From Octopus vulgaris (lineage: Eukaryota): a stretch of 64,000 nucleotides of DNA. The DNA lies in contig OX597832.1 in assembly GCA_951406725.2 (NCBI GenBank), forward strand, positions 2,790,001-2,854,000, given 5' to 3'. The notes under the pieces are model-generated. The model did not search any database. It was given only the letters and a program-made list of their open reading frames with translations, and was not told the DNA's origin. Position 1 is the stretch's first letter. Each line of letters starts with the position of its first letter. The position numbers were made by a program, and so were the translations under genes. This document shows positions 27,826 through 40,844 of this stretch, piece by piece.

Positions 27826-28329
27826 CTTACTAAGAAGTGTATATGGTAAGATGATGTGTACAAAAATAAAAATGGACACATTGAGGTGTAATTGTGTTGG
27901 AGTTTCATGTAAAATATATATGGTATTTATGTACAGAAATACTAAAAATTATTATGAATATTATTTGAAGGGAAAAGTGGCTATAAGCCATATGATCAAT
28001 CAAAAGAAAGTCAAGATTTATAGTTTATAGAAAAAGAGAGGAGTAATGCTATATTTGTACATTGTTAGGATTTCATGTGATTGTATTATTATATAAATTA
28101 CAGTTTGTTTATAGTATATTTTAATAAAGGTTATCTGTAAAATGCTTTGGTTCAAGCAAGGATAAATTATGTGCAACTTAATCTCAGAATTTATCCTCAT
28201 TTACAAATCTACATAATCTCATCTATTAAGTTATGCAATGGACTCATATTTGGAATAGACCATGCTTTGGAAGCACATTAGTGATGCTTTGAGCTATCCA
28301 ATTCTTTTCATTTTTGTCTAAACTTTTGT

Positions 28330-28680
28330 TTTGCAAGCTACTTGGTGACCCTGCTAGTTCCACATAAAAAGCACCTGTGCTGGTGCCACATAAAAAAGCA
28401 CCTTTGTTGATGCCACATAAAAAGCATATGTGCTGGTGCCACGTATTGGTGTCACATAAAAAGCACCTATGCTGGTGTCACATAAAATGTGCTTGTGCTG
28501 GTGCCATGTAAAAAAGCACCTGTGTTGGTGCGACATTAAAAAGCACTTGCACTGATTCTATGTAAAAAGCATCTGTGCTGGTGCCACGTAAAAAGCACCC
28601 AGTCTACTCTGTAAAGTGGTTGGCATTAGGAAGCGCATCCAGCTATAGAAATCATGTCAAAACAAGCAATTGGACCCTGG
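28330..28680 (+). repeat. SINE with internal ~26-bp minisatellite expansion (~10 units)
   Basis: gctggtgccacataaaaagcacct repeated at 28350-28600, then the normal SINE body. Confidence 0.85.
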
Positions 28681-28741
28681 AGAATTTGGTGGATGAGCTT
28701 ATTTGATTAAATCAATCTCAGTACTTAACTGGTATTTTATA

Positions 28742-28975
28742 TTAATCCTTTAGCATTTAAACTGGCCATATCATGCCCAAAGATCCCACTGGCTTTATGT
28801 TCAAACTGGCCAGATCAAACCACTCTCTCACGCACACCTTACAATGTCATTTAAAAAATAAACAATCATATCTTCAAAATCTCACAAAGCTATGAAATAA
28901 TGTATGATTAATTCAAAACAATGTGAATAAATAAGCATTACATGTGACAGAGTAATCTGAATGCTAAAGGGTTAA
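28742..28975. mobile_element. piggyBac-type MITE
   Basis: TTAA-tcctttagcatt...aatgctaaaggg-TTAA; related copies at 54335-54767 and 61236-61433. Confidence 0.75.
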
Positions 28976-29740
28976 TATCATTGAAAGGGTTGATATCAGT
29001 AAAATTTGAGCTTAGAATGTAAAAGAGCCAGAACAAATACCACAAGGCATTTTTTCCAAATTTTCCAACAATTCTCTCTTGCTGGTACAAAATAATATCA
29101 AACATTCTCATTGATTGAGAAACTAGAGTCATTACTAAATGGACTTAAAAAATATCTTTCGATTAATGCACATTTCAGTATCGATAATGTCAAGATTGAA
29201 ATGAAAAAGAAACAAAAATTTAAAAAATATCATAAAATATGATATCAGCAGAGTTTTTGCTAACTTGATGTAAATGACGTAGCAATGGATTAGATTAATT
29301 TTTAATGAATACAAAATACACTTTGTTAACCTGCCCTACTTACCTGTTGTAACAGTATTTGGTTCATTTAGGAAAAAAAAAGAGTGAAAGAAAATGGACA
29401 CAAAACACAATTATCACATTTTGTGGTAAAAAACACAGATTTAAAAACATCTGATTGATTTTTATTATTTCATGATTAGGAATACAAAAAGGAAAGAGAA
29501 AAAAGAGTACAGCAAAAAAGTACATACGAAATTAAATCCTAAAAGAAAACAATACAAAAACAAAAAATAGATAATAATAGCGATTGCATTAGTAGCATTA
29601 ATGACAATTGTATAGAGAGACGGTGCCAAAAACTGTTTTTGAAGATGTATGTGTATATATGTATGTACACGCATACATACACACATGCATGATTGTGTAT
29701 GTATGTATATATGTATGCATGCATGCATACATATACCCTC

Positions 29741-29814
<74 letters not shown>

Positions 29815-29822
<8 letters not shown>

Positions 29823-30208
29823 TACATACAAACAGACATACATACACACATACATATACCATAATGTTTATCAACATATGATGAAATAGAAAATGTACAA
29901 AAAGAACTCAATGCTATTGTGGAGTGAATATACACACACATACATACAAACGTGCATACATACACATACATGCAGACATACATACACACATACATATACC
30001 ATAATGTTTATCAACATATGATGAAATAGAAAATGTACAAAAAGAACTCAATGCTATTGTGGAGTGTATATATATATACACACACATACATACAAACGTG
30101 CATACATACACATACATGCAGACATACATACACACATACATATACCATAATGTTTATCAACATATGATGAAATAGAAAATGTACAAAAAGAACTCAATGC
30201 TATTGTGA
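29815..30208. repeat. Three tandem copies of a ~140-bp unit
   Basis: cataatgtttatcaacatatgatgaaatagaaaatgtacaaaaagaactcaatgctattgtg x3. Confidence 0.92.
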
Positions 30209-30729
30209 ACTCAATTCATATTATGTATGCATTGAAAATATAACTAGGTTAGTTAACCATCCATTACTGTACAGTTTCATTAGTAGGATTTTTCAAATGG
30301 TATGTGTAGATCAATTCACAGGGATCATGTGGTCTATTTTGCACATGATACAGGATTCCATAATTTCTGAAGATGGGAACATATAAATAAATCTACGTAT
30401 ATCATTTGAAAAATTCTACTGATAAAACTGTGCAGTAATGGACAATTAATCTACTAATTTGTGGTATTTAATACACATACACATACATATTTTATGCCTT
30501 CCAGGAAATCAGTATGCAAATACTTCAATGACATAGATATCAGAAGTAGGAAATTGGAGAAGGAAGTTGTTGAACAGTTGGCACTAGACATTCTAGAAAG
30601 AGATCAAATGCATGAGGTCCTGTTGGATAGGAGTGAAAAAAACTGGGGCAGATTAGATATACTGGAGGAGGTTTTTACATATCACAATGTAAGAGGATCT
30701 AAATGTAAGGACGTATAATGAAATGAGTA

Positions 30730-30957
30730 TGTGCACCAATGAATGTGTAATGTAAGTGTACATCAAATGACAGAACACAAATGAGACAAAAAGTTAAAAT
30801 AAGAGGAACCAGTTGCATTATACACAAGAGAAGACAATGCGCATATGGATATGTGATGTATATGGAGGATGAGAGTAAGGTAAAGAAGTGCCAGGAGGTC
30901 CAAGTGGAAGGAACATTCAGAAAAAGAGGACTGAAGAAGACATGGTCAGAAGGAATG
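30730..30957 (+). mobile_element. Old RTE 3' fragment
   Basis: MCNVSVH...YGYVMYMEDESKVKKC..VEGT..RGLKKTWSE, homologous to 42710-42915. Confidence 0.7.
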
Positions 30958-31205
30958 AAAAGTACATAGAAAATTAAATCCTAAAAGAAAACAATACAAA
31001 AACAAAAAATAGATAATAATAGCGATTGCATTAATAGCATTAATGGTAATGACAATTGTATAGAGAGAAGGTGTCAAAAGCTTATTTTTAAAGATGTATG
31101 TGTATATATGTATGTACACGCATACATACACACATGCATGATTGCGTATGTATGTATATATGTATGCATGCATGCATACATATACACTCATATATATATA
31201 TATAC
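30958..31205 (+). repeat. Dispersed duplicate of 29517-29750
   Basis: aaattaaatcctaaaagaaaacaatacaaaaac...gcatgcatgcatac present in both. Confidence 0.88.
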
Positions 31206-31369
31206 CACAACGCTGGCCGCGTTGGAGCAAATATCAGAATTAATCAGCCGAAATTTGCTATGATGATCCGGTTTCTGACTGAAGATTAAAGGCTTCGAAT
31301 GACCCGTTTGTTTACTGTGTTCGTCCCTTTGTGTATTTCACGTTCTTGTTTCTTTATATATAAATTTTA

Positions 31370-31439
<70 letters not shown>

Positions 31440-31579
31440 TACATACATACATACATACACAGACAGATCTCAGGATGTTGAACTTGACAAAAAATATGAC
31501 AAGTGATCATGACAAGTAAAGTGGGGTTGTTAGAAAAGACCTGTACAACCCATACAAGCATGGAAAAAAATACTGTTGA

Positions 31580-31613
<34 letters not shown>

Positions 31614-31801
31614 ATATAGAAATTGTGTGTACAAGTAAATGTATGACTGCTATTATTATGTTTAGAACTCCATGTAGGCTTTCATCATCCAGTTTACTTT
31701 CTCTCGAGTTGTCATAACTTTTATACTGAGTAGTATTGCTAGTTATGAGTTTCAGAGCAAATGAGAAGCTAATCAAAGATAAACACAAATATACATATAC
31801 G

Positions 31802-31852
<51 letters not shown>

Positions 31853-32779
31853 TTCAAGCAATTATAAAGAATATGGAGACTGGTGCATCAACAAATTTTT
31901 AGTTTAATTTTATAGTTGGTCATACAGCATAATTATTAGGTTGTAATGACCGACATGTGTTTCTGTTGCACAGAGTATATATATATGTATCATCCTCATC
32001 CTTATCACTTTGCTATAATTATAAGAGTTTGACAAAATTTGATGAAGTACATTTTCTATGGCCAGATCCATGAAAGTAATATTTTCTCCCAATGCTTCAA
32101 ACATGAACAGCACAATGGTTGGGCAAAATTTTGCAGATGATTGCATGTGTATGACACAGTTTGTATGATGGTGACATTTTCTTGCACATAACTCATGATG
32201 TCAAAATAAGGAGATGCACACACACACACACATGCCTATTTACTTACAAATATACAAAAGACAGAAGACAAAAATACCATTAACATTTTAAATATTTCAT
32301 TTCCTACAGTTTTTTCAATGACTCAAATGTATCTTTGCAATTATATAATGATTTAATCTAAAAGGAAACAAATATATACACACATAGCATGTATGTATAT
32401 GTATATATCAGTTAATGATGAATGATAAAAGAACAGAAGTGACAGAATCACTTTCATGCAGAGAGCATTTAAATTTTAAATATCATATTATATTATATAT
32501 CTCTATTTCCCTATATATTTATTAATCTGCTCATCTACTTATCTACACATGAGAATATATACACTAACTCCACCCATCTGTACATTTGTATATAAGCCCT
32601 CACATAAACACATTTACACACATATAAATACACTATAAATACATGCACACACATTTACACCCAAACACTATTAAGAATAGACGAGCTGATTAATGTTGTG
32701 GTTTCCTGCATGAAAAAGATGGGATGGTCACAATTAGAGCGCCCTTGATCATAGGTCTGTTCAATTAGCTAAACACTGG

Positions 32780-33050
32780 CCACAACACTGTTGCCAATAC
32801 TCTAACCACCACTATGAGGACTTCCCTCACTACTAACTCAAGCAGTACAGCACAACTACCACTTACTCTACCAACAACAATGTCAACAACACAGCTATCA
32901 CAACCATCACTGTCATTACAACCACCATGACTGATCACTGTCACCAATACCTCAACCATCACCACCATGACTACCACCATCACTATTCCTACCACCATTA
33001 CCACCACCACTATCACTACTACCACCATCACCACCACCACCACCATCACA
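32780..33050. repeat. Degenerate (ACC)n low-complexity tract
   Basis: Direct reading; gives the poly-V ORF. Confidence 0.85.
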
Positions 33051-35923
33051 GAATGGCCACTTAGGCTTTCACTAAATAATTAGCGCAAAAATAGTTCAGC
33101 CTGTAGTTAACATACTCACAACAATATTTAGTAAACAATTTATATTGTTAAAAAAAATAATCTACGTCTTTATAAATAATGTACTAATAAAGAATCAACT
33201 TTTAACATTACTATCCAATTATTGCCACCTCTATATACCATTTTTTATCATGTACTCTTCTCAAAATACTTAGCACCTTTCCCCGTTTGTGAATCCCTGT
33301 TTTTTTTTTGTACTCTCATATTCTATGACAACAAAATCTTTGATGTATACTACTAACACAAACTAGTTATCATTCAATAAATACCATGTTAAAAGAAACT
33401 AGTTTTGAAAAATTAAAAATTTGATTGAGAAAAGTGAGGACTATTTTAATGTAAAATAGTCTCTGAAGACTCTGGGATAGTCCTTATCTCTACATATACA
33501 GCCTTGTAAACGTCTGTCAGCTTTTTCCTGCAATGCTCCATATCATTGAACTACATTGAAAGCTAAACTAACTTGTCTCATATTCTGAACTGTCATAGTG
33601 CTTTTGAAAACTTTCAAAAAACACACACATGTGCACGCATGCAAGCGCATTTAACAGCTGTATCTCCTGTTTAATATGATGCCAGGATATTTGAGGGAAA
33701 ATCTGTTTTACAAATTATTGTCATATACTGTTATTTTAGAATCCACACCAAAGCTTTCCAGGGCAGGCTGATAAAGAATAATAGTTTTATCAAGATTTCT
33801 GGTATGGCTGATCAGGTCACATGTCAAAATTTTTTCCGTAGTAATTTGGACAAAAGGTCTCTCACCACAGATACAAAACTCGGTGATTTAGAATTGCTCC
33901 ATTTGAGTTGTGCAGTAGTGTATATAAATACTCAAAGAGCAATTGAAAAATTAAGCTATTGTGAAATATATTAGTAAATAGTGCAGGAGGAGTAACAGTC
34001 TCTTGTTTTACATCACCACTGATTGAAAACGGTGAAAATAGTATCTGAGTGTCTTTCATCAATTACAACATGCTCTCATATCATCACGAAAAGACTTGAC
34101 AATATTTGTATTGTTTAAGGCAGCGAGCTGGTAGAATTGTTAGTATACTGGGGGAAATGCTTAGCAGCACTTTGTCCATGTTTACATCCTGAGTTCAAAT
34201 TCTGCTAGGGTCAAATTTGTCCTTCATTCTTTCAGGGTCAATAAAATAAGGGCTGGGGTCAACGGGATCGACTTATCCCATCCCCTGGCTATGTGCCAAA
34301 TTTTGAAATCAATATTTGTTTTATTACACACACACACTCTCTCACATATGCACATACAGATACACATGGTGCACAAACATAGACACTGAAACACAGATGC
34401 ACAAATACACATACACAAACACATTAATAAAGAAAACAGAGCTCTTGAATTAACAGAAAAGGCTTAGAAATTTTGAAGCATCCATTTTATGTTTCAGCTG
34501 TCACTTTCAAGGCCATGACAAGAAAGTGAGCAAGATTCTAAATTAAAAGGAACTAGATGTTCATTTTTACCTAGTAACATTCAACCAAGTTGTTTTAATT
34601 AGGGGAGCTACTGTGTAGCTGTCACCTACTTCCAGCAACACTATTTTTCTTCACAATTCTTATGTCTATTTGAGTTATTCATGTGTTTTCCCTGCAGATT
34701 CTATTATTCATTTTTTATTTCCACTTAAAAATCTATTTGTCCATTTATGCAGCTCCATCATCTTTCAGTTTTGTCTGTTTCCTATTAAAACTGTCAGCAA
34801 CTATTTTACACAATTTGATTTTATATGTTAACCTAGAAACATATATTCATAGCTACAATACATTGGTAGCAAATATTCGTTTGTGACCCCAATTTTCAGG
34901 TCAGATGTTTGGGTTGTAACCTTAAATAGTTGGTGCAATATTTATTCTTCTATTATAGTTTCAACCATTGTCACATCTTCCTTGGAAAATTGAAGTAATG
35001 CCCCTCTGGATTTAACTATACTTTAGTCAAACAAATAAGGAAGTCCCTAATCTAATAGTAATAACAACCAAATCTCCCTCAAGTCACAGCATACAATCTT
35101 TAAAAAAAAGAGGAAGGACATGATAATAACAAGGTAGAAATATTTACAGCAGCAAAGCCTTCGATACTAGTTCCACTCAGTCAGGGCTGATCTCAGATTA
35201 AACAACAATAACATCAACAATATTCTAGTTAGGGAGTCATCATTGTGTTAACTGGCTGAATTTATGAGTAACTAAGTCTTCTTTTGCGTAAATACATGGA
35301 GAGATAGCGAACTTACATACATATATGCATGGATGCATACATACATGCATAGTTATACATAGGAAAGAGAAAACCGGAAGTTATGTTACAGACAGATTTG
35401 ACAAAAATCATTAGAAATTTTAATTATTGTTGTTTAGCTCCAGGTGAGCTCTGATGAAATAGACCTGTTGAGCAATGGCTGTGATTATTTATTCGGGATG
35501 TCACTGTCTAATGTGCCTTTTATTTTTTAAATATGGTAGATTGTGATCTGACAGAGATTTGGCAGTTATGTCTAGCAGGTTAAATAACCACACAAGAGAC
35601 ACTCTTGTTGACATGATTGTAATTGGTTGAGTTCCATTTTTGGAATATATTCAACCCCTTATCAACTCTTACCTTCCCTTTACAAAAAAAGATACCTAGA
35701 TATTATTTATCAGGGGATGGGGATAAGTTGATCACATTAACCCCAGCCCTCAACTGGTACTTATTTTATTGACCCTGAAAGGATGAAAGACAAAGTCGAC
35801 CCCAGCAAGATTTGAGCCCAGGATATAAAGTTATTGATTCTATCTTATCTACTTTAACTAAAGTTTCAACTCATGCTGAAACTAGAAGTAAAATTTTAGG
35901 CTTACTTTCACAGTAAAACAAAC

Positions 35924-36145
35924 CTGATGCCTTCTGCTTCAAAAACTCTTCCTCGTCCTGAATAAAATATCTTCCCATCATTTGAAAAAGAGATTTTTAG
36001 GAACTTAATATTTTTCATGGCTATCTTATATTGCAGACTGATCCACAAGCAATAACATTTATTTTTAGTCACAAATGTAGGTGAAAATGATGTATTAGAA
36101 TCTTCATAGGCACATTGAATAATCACTCTGACATCTAACAAAAAC
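35924..36145 (-). CDS. Candidate 222-bp exon encoding an IPT/TIG-like domain (SUSD2/Mesh-like)
   Basis: tttatcag acceptor, AG/gtttgt donor, open phase 2-2; IIQCAY...FVTKNKCYCL...LKISFSNDGKIFYSG. Confidence 0.4.
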
Positions 36146-36479
36146 CTGATAAATTATAATACAGCTGCTGTTGTTTTTACTAGATGCTCCTCTATAACAT
36201 CTCTTGGAATCATGGATTTATATAAGCTTTTGTGTTAATTGGAGGGACTCACTTATGGCACTATGTCAGATCTAAGAAATTGCCATTGTGATGTGTTACA
36301 TTCTTAGAATAGCAAACACAATTCTATTAACCTCCTTCTGCCAAACTTATCAAGTCCATACAACCATGTGAACAAATACTATCAACTTCAACTAAACTCT
36401 ACCTTTGTCTCACTCCTGCTGCTACTTACTTGTGATTATAGCTGAATATTTGAAGTTTCTCTTTGTATTGTGTATCCAA

Positions 36480-36800
36480 GTATGACAGTTTATACAGTAA
36501 TTCTAAATGTAGAATGGCAGCAACATTTGACAAATGAACGCCTTTATGGAGACCTGCGGAAACTTAGCAAGAAGATTAGGCAAAGACAGCTGCAACTATC
36601 TGGTTACTGCATGTACCACCCTGAACTAGAAGCATCCAGATTAGTCTTGTGGATTCTTGGTGATGCAAGAAGAAAACACCATCACACTTACATCAATGTC
36701 TTGATCAGACACTGGCCTGGAATGTATCCAGGACCTTGAAGCAGTGATGTTGGACTGAGAGGTGTGGTGGACGGACTTTGTTGCTGTGACCCAGGTTGGA
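36480..36800 (+). mobile_element. RTE/RTEX 3' fragment
   Basis: ILNVEWQQHLTNERLYGDLRKLSKKIRQRQLQLSGYCMYHPE. Confidence 0.8.
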
Positions 36801-37751
36801 ATGCAGCCATAAGAAGGTTTGGTGCTCTAGCTTCAGTCCATTTATGTCTGAGATGTTTGTACTTTTTGGCGGTGTTGATATTGTTCAAACTAGAATTTTT
36901 TAGCATCTTATTAGAAATAGTCAAGTAGAATGTCTAAATAGAACTCTATGGAGAACAGTAATACTAGCTCTTCATTTAAGGGAACTGCCAGTAAAATGGA
37001 GTGAAATTTTAGGAGAATCTCTCCATGTGAGTCTCTTCTTTATACTGCGACTAAACTGATATCTCATCAAAGACTATTTTAACAGCTGGTGTTGCAAGTC
37101 ACTGGAATATTATCTAACTAAATTGCTTTTTGAATTCAGAGACATTTTGTTTACTCCCTAACAAAAAATGTGAACCAAAGGTCAATCAAGTTAAACTGAT
37201 TGATATTATTTGTTACTATATTCATATCAGATACCCAGATGGTCAAACTGACTTCATTTCAACTAAATATATAGTCATACCTCGAAGACTGTGCTGTACT
37301 AGAAATTGATCAAACCACTAAAGAGTGTTCCCTTGGTGATGGCTACAAGGTTGATATTGAAGAATCTGGCCAACGAAAGCTCCACATCCACTGATGAATA
37401 AATGATTTTCACAGTTACATACTGAGAAGTCAAACTGAACAAACATGTGAGTAGCAGCTGTCCAACATCGATTTAGTTATTGAAGAGGAAATCATGGTTC
37501 CATTACTTGGATTTCCTTGTCACTCAGCAAGGAACTGGCAAGTAGTAGAGAGACTGCATTTTTGAAATGCTGGCAAATGTTATGAAATCATTATCATTAC
37601 CTCACATTAAAGAGCATCATGGGATACTTTGACTGAAAGTTGGCTGCTATTATTTACAATAAAAATGAACACACACTTGTGGTTTGAATACAAAAGTTGA
37701 ATGTTTGAACTAAATTAAACAATTGTTTCTCATCACAAAGCAATAATAGCA

Positions 37752-37811
<60 letters not shown>

Positions 37812-37812
37812 G
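37752..37812. repeat. (ACT)n microsatellite
   Basis: Direct reading. Confidence 0.97.
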
Positions 37813-38189
37813 CTAAGTCACTTTTAACATTTTACTACCACCATCATATTTCAAGAAAATTATTTTATGTTCTTAAATGAATGAAACAGAGGTCAAAGAT
37901 GCCTGAAAAATATAGCTGATACTGCTTATTTGCATACTGGATAATTAAATAATTTTGTTAACTGGATAAATTATTTTCTGATATTGATTAAAGCATTATT
38001 GAAATGCAGCAAAATTTAATGTTTGATTTGATATAAATATAAAGATTCTGGAAATTTAGTCAGTACTTCATATTTATAAACAAATGATCTCAAAAGACTT
38101 GAGTGTATTCTAATTGTTCTATTTTGAGGAATTAAAATTATTGCAGTTCACAATCTGTTGTAGTTTTATGTAATTTATCTAATACATGT

Positions 38190-38460
38190 GAAGGTACATG
38201 GCTCAGTGGGTAGAGTGTTGGGCTCATAATCGTGATGTTGTGAGTTCAATTCCAGGACTAGTCTGTGCATTGTGTTCTTGAAATTGTTGAGATGTCACTA
38301 ATGCCTAGCTGTATCAATAGTTGCCTTTCCCTTGGATAATGTCAGTGGTGTGAAGAGGAGAGACTGGTATGCATGAGCAACTACTGGTCTTCCACAAAAC
38401 AACCTTGCCCGGATTTGTGCCTTGGAGGGTAACTTTCTAGGTGCAATCTCATGATCATTT
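38190..38460 (+). mobile_element. tRNA-derived SINE
   Basis: tggctcagtgggtagag...gagttcaattcc A and B boxes. Confidence 0.65.
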
Positions 38461-40844
38461 CGTCTATAAATAGATCTCCATTGCAGATAAAGTTTATAAA
38501 AAGATATTTTGGAATCAAGCAGTGAATGGCCACTATTTTGTTATTTTCATTATCACCTACATTAGTTTGTGATTGATCCACTTAAGTATTTTCTTGGCCT
38601 ACAAAATCTTAGTCCTTACTCTTGCTACTAAGATTTTGCCCCAACCATCCTCATTTCTGTTTAAGAAGAGGACTGAATCTATTAACTAGAAGGGATCTTC
38701 TGGATATTTGAAAGATTTCTATAATGAGATACACTTTTCTGTGAGTTTGTCCAAAACCGCCAATGCACCTTTTATGCACACAGCATAGAATTCTACCAAC
38801 TTCATTTCTGCATATCAAGTATGACCACTTCTCAGATCTCAGATGGTATTAGTGTCCTGTTTCCTTTTCTGCTAACTAAACCTTTGATTTTGCTAGGTTG
38901 ACCAAATTCTTGTTCTGCAACTGGATGTTTGAAAGTTATGCCATTGATATACAACAGTTCTCATGAACAGCTGGTTTTGAACTCTTGGGGGGCCTTATTT
39001 CATAAGAAGGTAAAATGCATCTAGTTATGACTTATATTTATTTATTCATAACCTCTGCTATATTGGTGTTCTAGTAATTATTGTAACATACGTTACCTTC
39101 TAACATGTTAATGAATTTTAGTTTAGTTACACATGTAATTTTATTTTAATAACCAGCCTTCAACTACTTTCATTCAGCAGTTTAAGAGGCAAAATTGAGC
39201 AACACACACAATTTATATATATTCCTAAATATTCAGCTTAGTGTTTAGCTGCTTCTATTATTTCCCCAGAAAGTTTTCAATATACCAACATAAATATTAA
39301 GTAGCTAATACTCCTAAAATTCCACATAACTCAACGTTTTCTCTTGGGATAGCAGGAAGCAGTTCAGCCTTATTATCTTTGGAATATATTTGCTGCATCA
39401 ATAAACTCTGGCAAATTTGTATCCAAAGATGGGTGAATAAAAAAAAATTCTTTGTTTAGAGTTGAAATGCATTAACAATTCAAACGAAATCAGATAAATA
39501 ACATTAAAGTCAATAAACTTTCAATATGTAAGACTCCCCCCCACCTCTCTCTCTCATAATTACTGACAGTGTTTAATCTCAGAAGGATATTTTCAAAGTC
39601 TAGATGTTTTGAAGATACTTAAGTAACATTTTATTTGAAGCTTTCGAAACTAAAATAATGTTTAGAATTACAAGTAAAAACTCTGTACTGACCTGGTTTC
39701 CTACTTTTGTTAAAAGGAAGAAATTATTCTCTTTATTATGCTTGTTTGTTTTTGGATATAAAGTCAGCTAAATATGTTTCAAGGCCATGATGTTGTTACA
39801 TCTGCTCAATGTGGCATCCAAACCTTTTCCAGTGTTGCTACTTACAGTTTTTAAAGGATACATATGTTTTAACTTCTAAATTTAAAGTCAGCATGACCAT
39901 AATTAACAACAGAAAAGCCACAAATAAAACTGCTCCTTGTTCTATCCCTTATTATGCTCTTTAGCATGCAGAACTTCAAGGGATACCCAATGATAAGGAT
40001 AGCATAATTTGTTATTTACACATATGAAAGTGATCATGAAAAATTAGTCCACATTTTAGTTGTAATAGTAAATTTTCACATTTTAAAGGAGGAAAATAAT
40101 CAACATAAAGAATAGATTAATTAGCAACAATTTTACTTTACAGTTAGGATATTTTAAGTTTAAGTATATATTAAGTATATACACAATGGTTATTATACAT
40201 CTAGATTATTGTTATTATGAACACACTAAGTCTTTTATCCAGCATCTACAAGCTAGCACTGTTAATATACTTGACTGTATCCCAATCAAATCTATTATTT
40301 ATATTCTGGTTTATTCAATCTATGTGACAAAATAATGAGATTACTAGACAATACAAATGCAATAAGCTAAATTTCTTGATTTTTTTTTTCATTTTTCATA
40401 AAGCAGTATCTTCATGAATTACTCATTGTTAAAATCTAATTAACATGGACAAATGGGTTTCCTTAATATTTGAGTGCTAACAAAATTTCTCATATTACAG
40501 AACATTTGAGGTGTAAGAACTGTGAGAAAGAACTATAAGAAATCATATTACAGAACATTTTTATTTTTGTGGAGATGCAACAAAGATGGTTGTGGGTGGT
40601 ACAGGTACTATAAATCTGTTGAATTTTCTCTAATATTCCAGAGTTGTCTTATATTTACAATCAACTTCATTATTTAATGTCCACATTCCATGGGTTAGAT
40701 GATTTGACAGTCCAGCATGCTACAGTGTCTATTTTGGCAGAATGCATTTCTGATGCCAAGGGTTAAAGTATGAAAGAAGAAGTGTGAGCAGGTTCTTGTA
40801 GAGGGACTACTTAGCTTTAGAAGAAAGGTCACCCCCACCACCCC

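Noticed and set aside
28350-28600. CRISPR-like repeat array
   Set aside because: Units are contiguous with no unique spacers, no cas genes are present, and the motif is part of a SINE.
29335-29400. Minus-strand CAG/gtaagt donor
   Set aside because: The upstream pyrimidine tract ends in TAA, not AG, so no exon can be supported.
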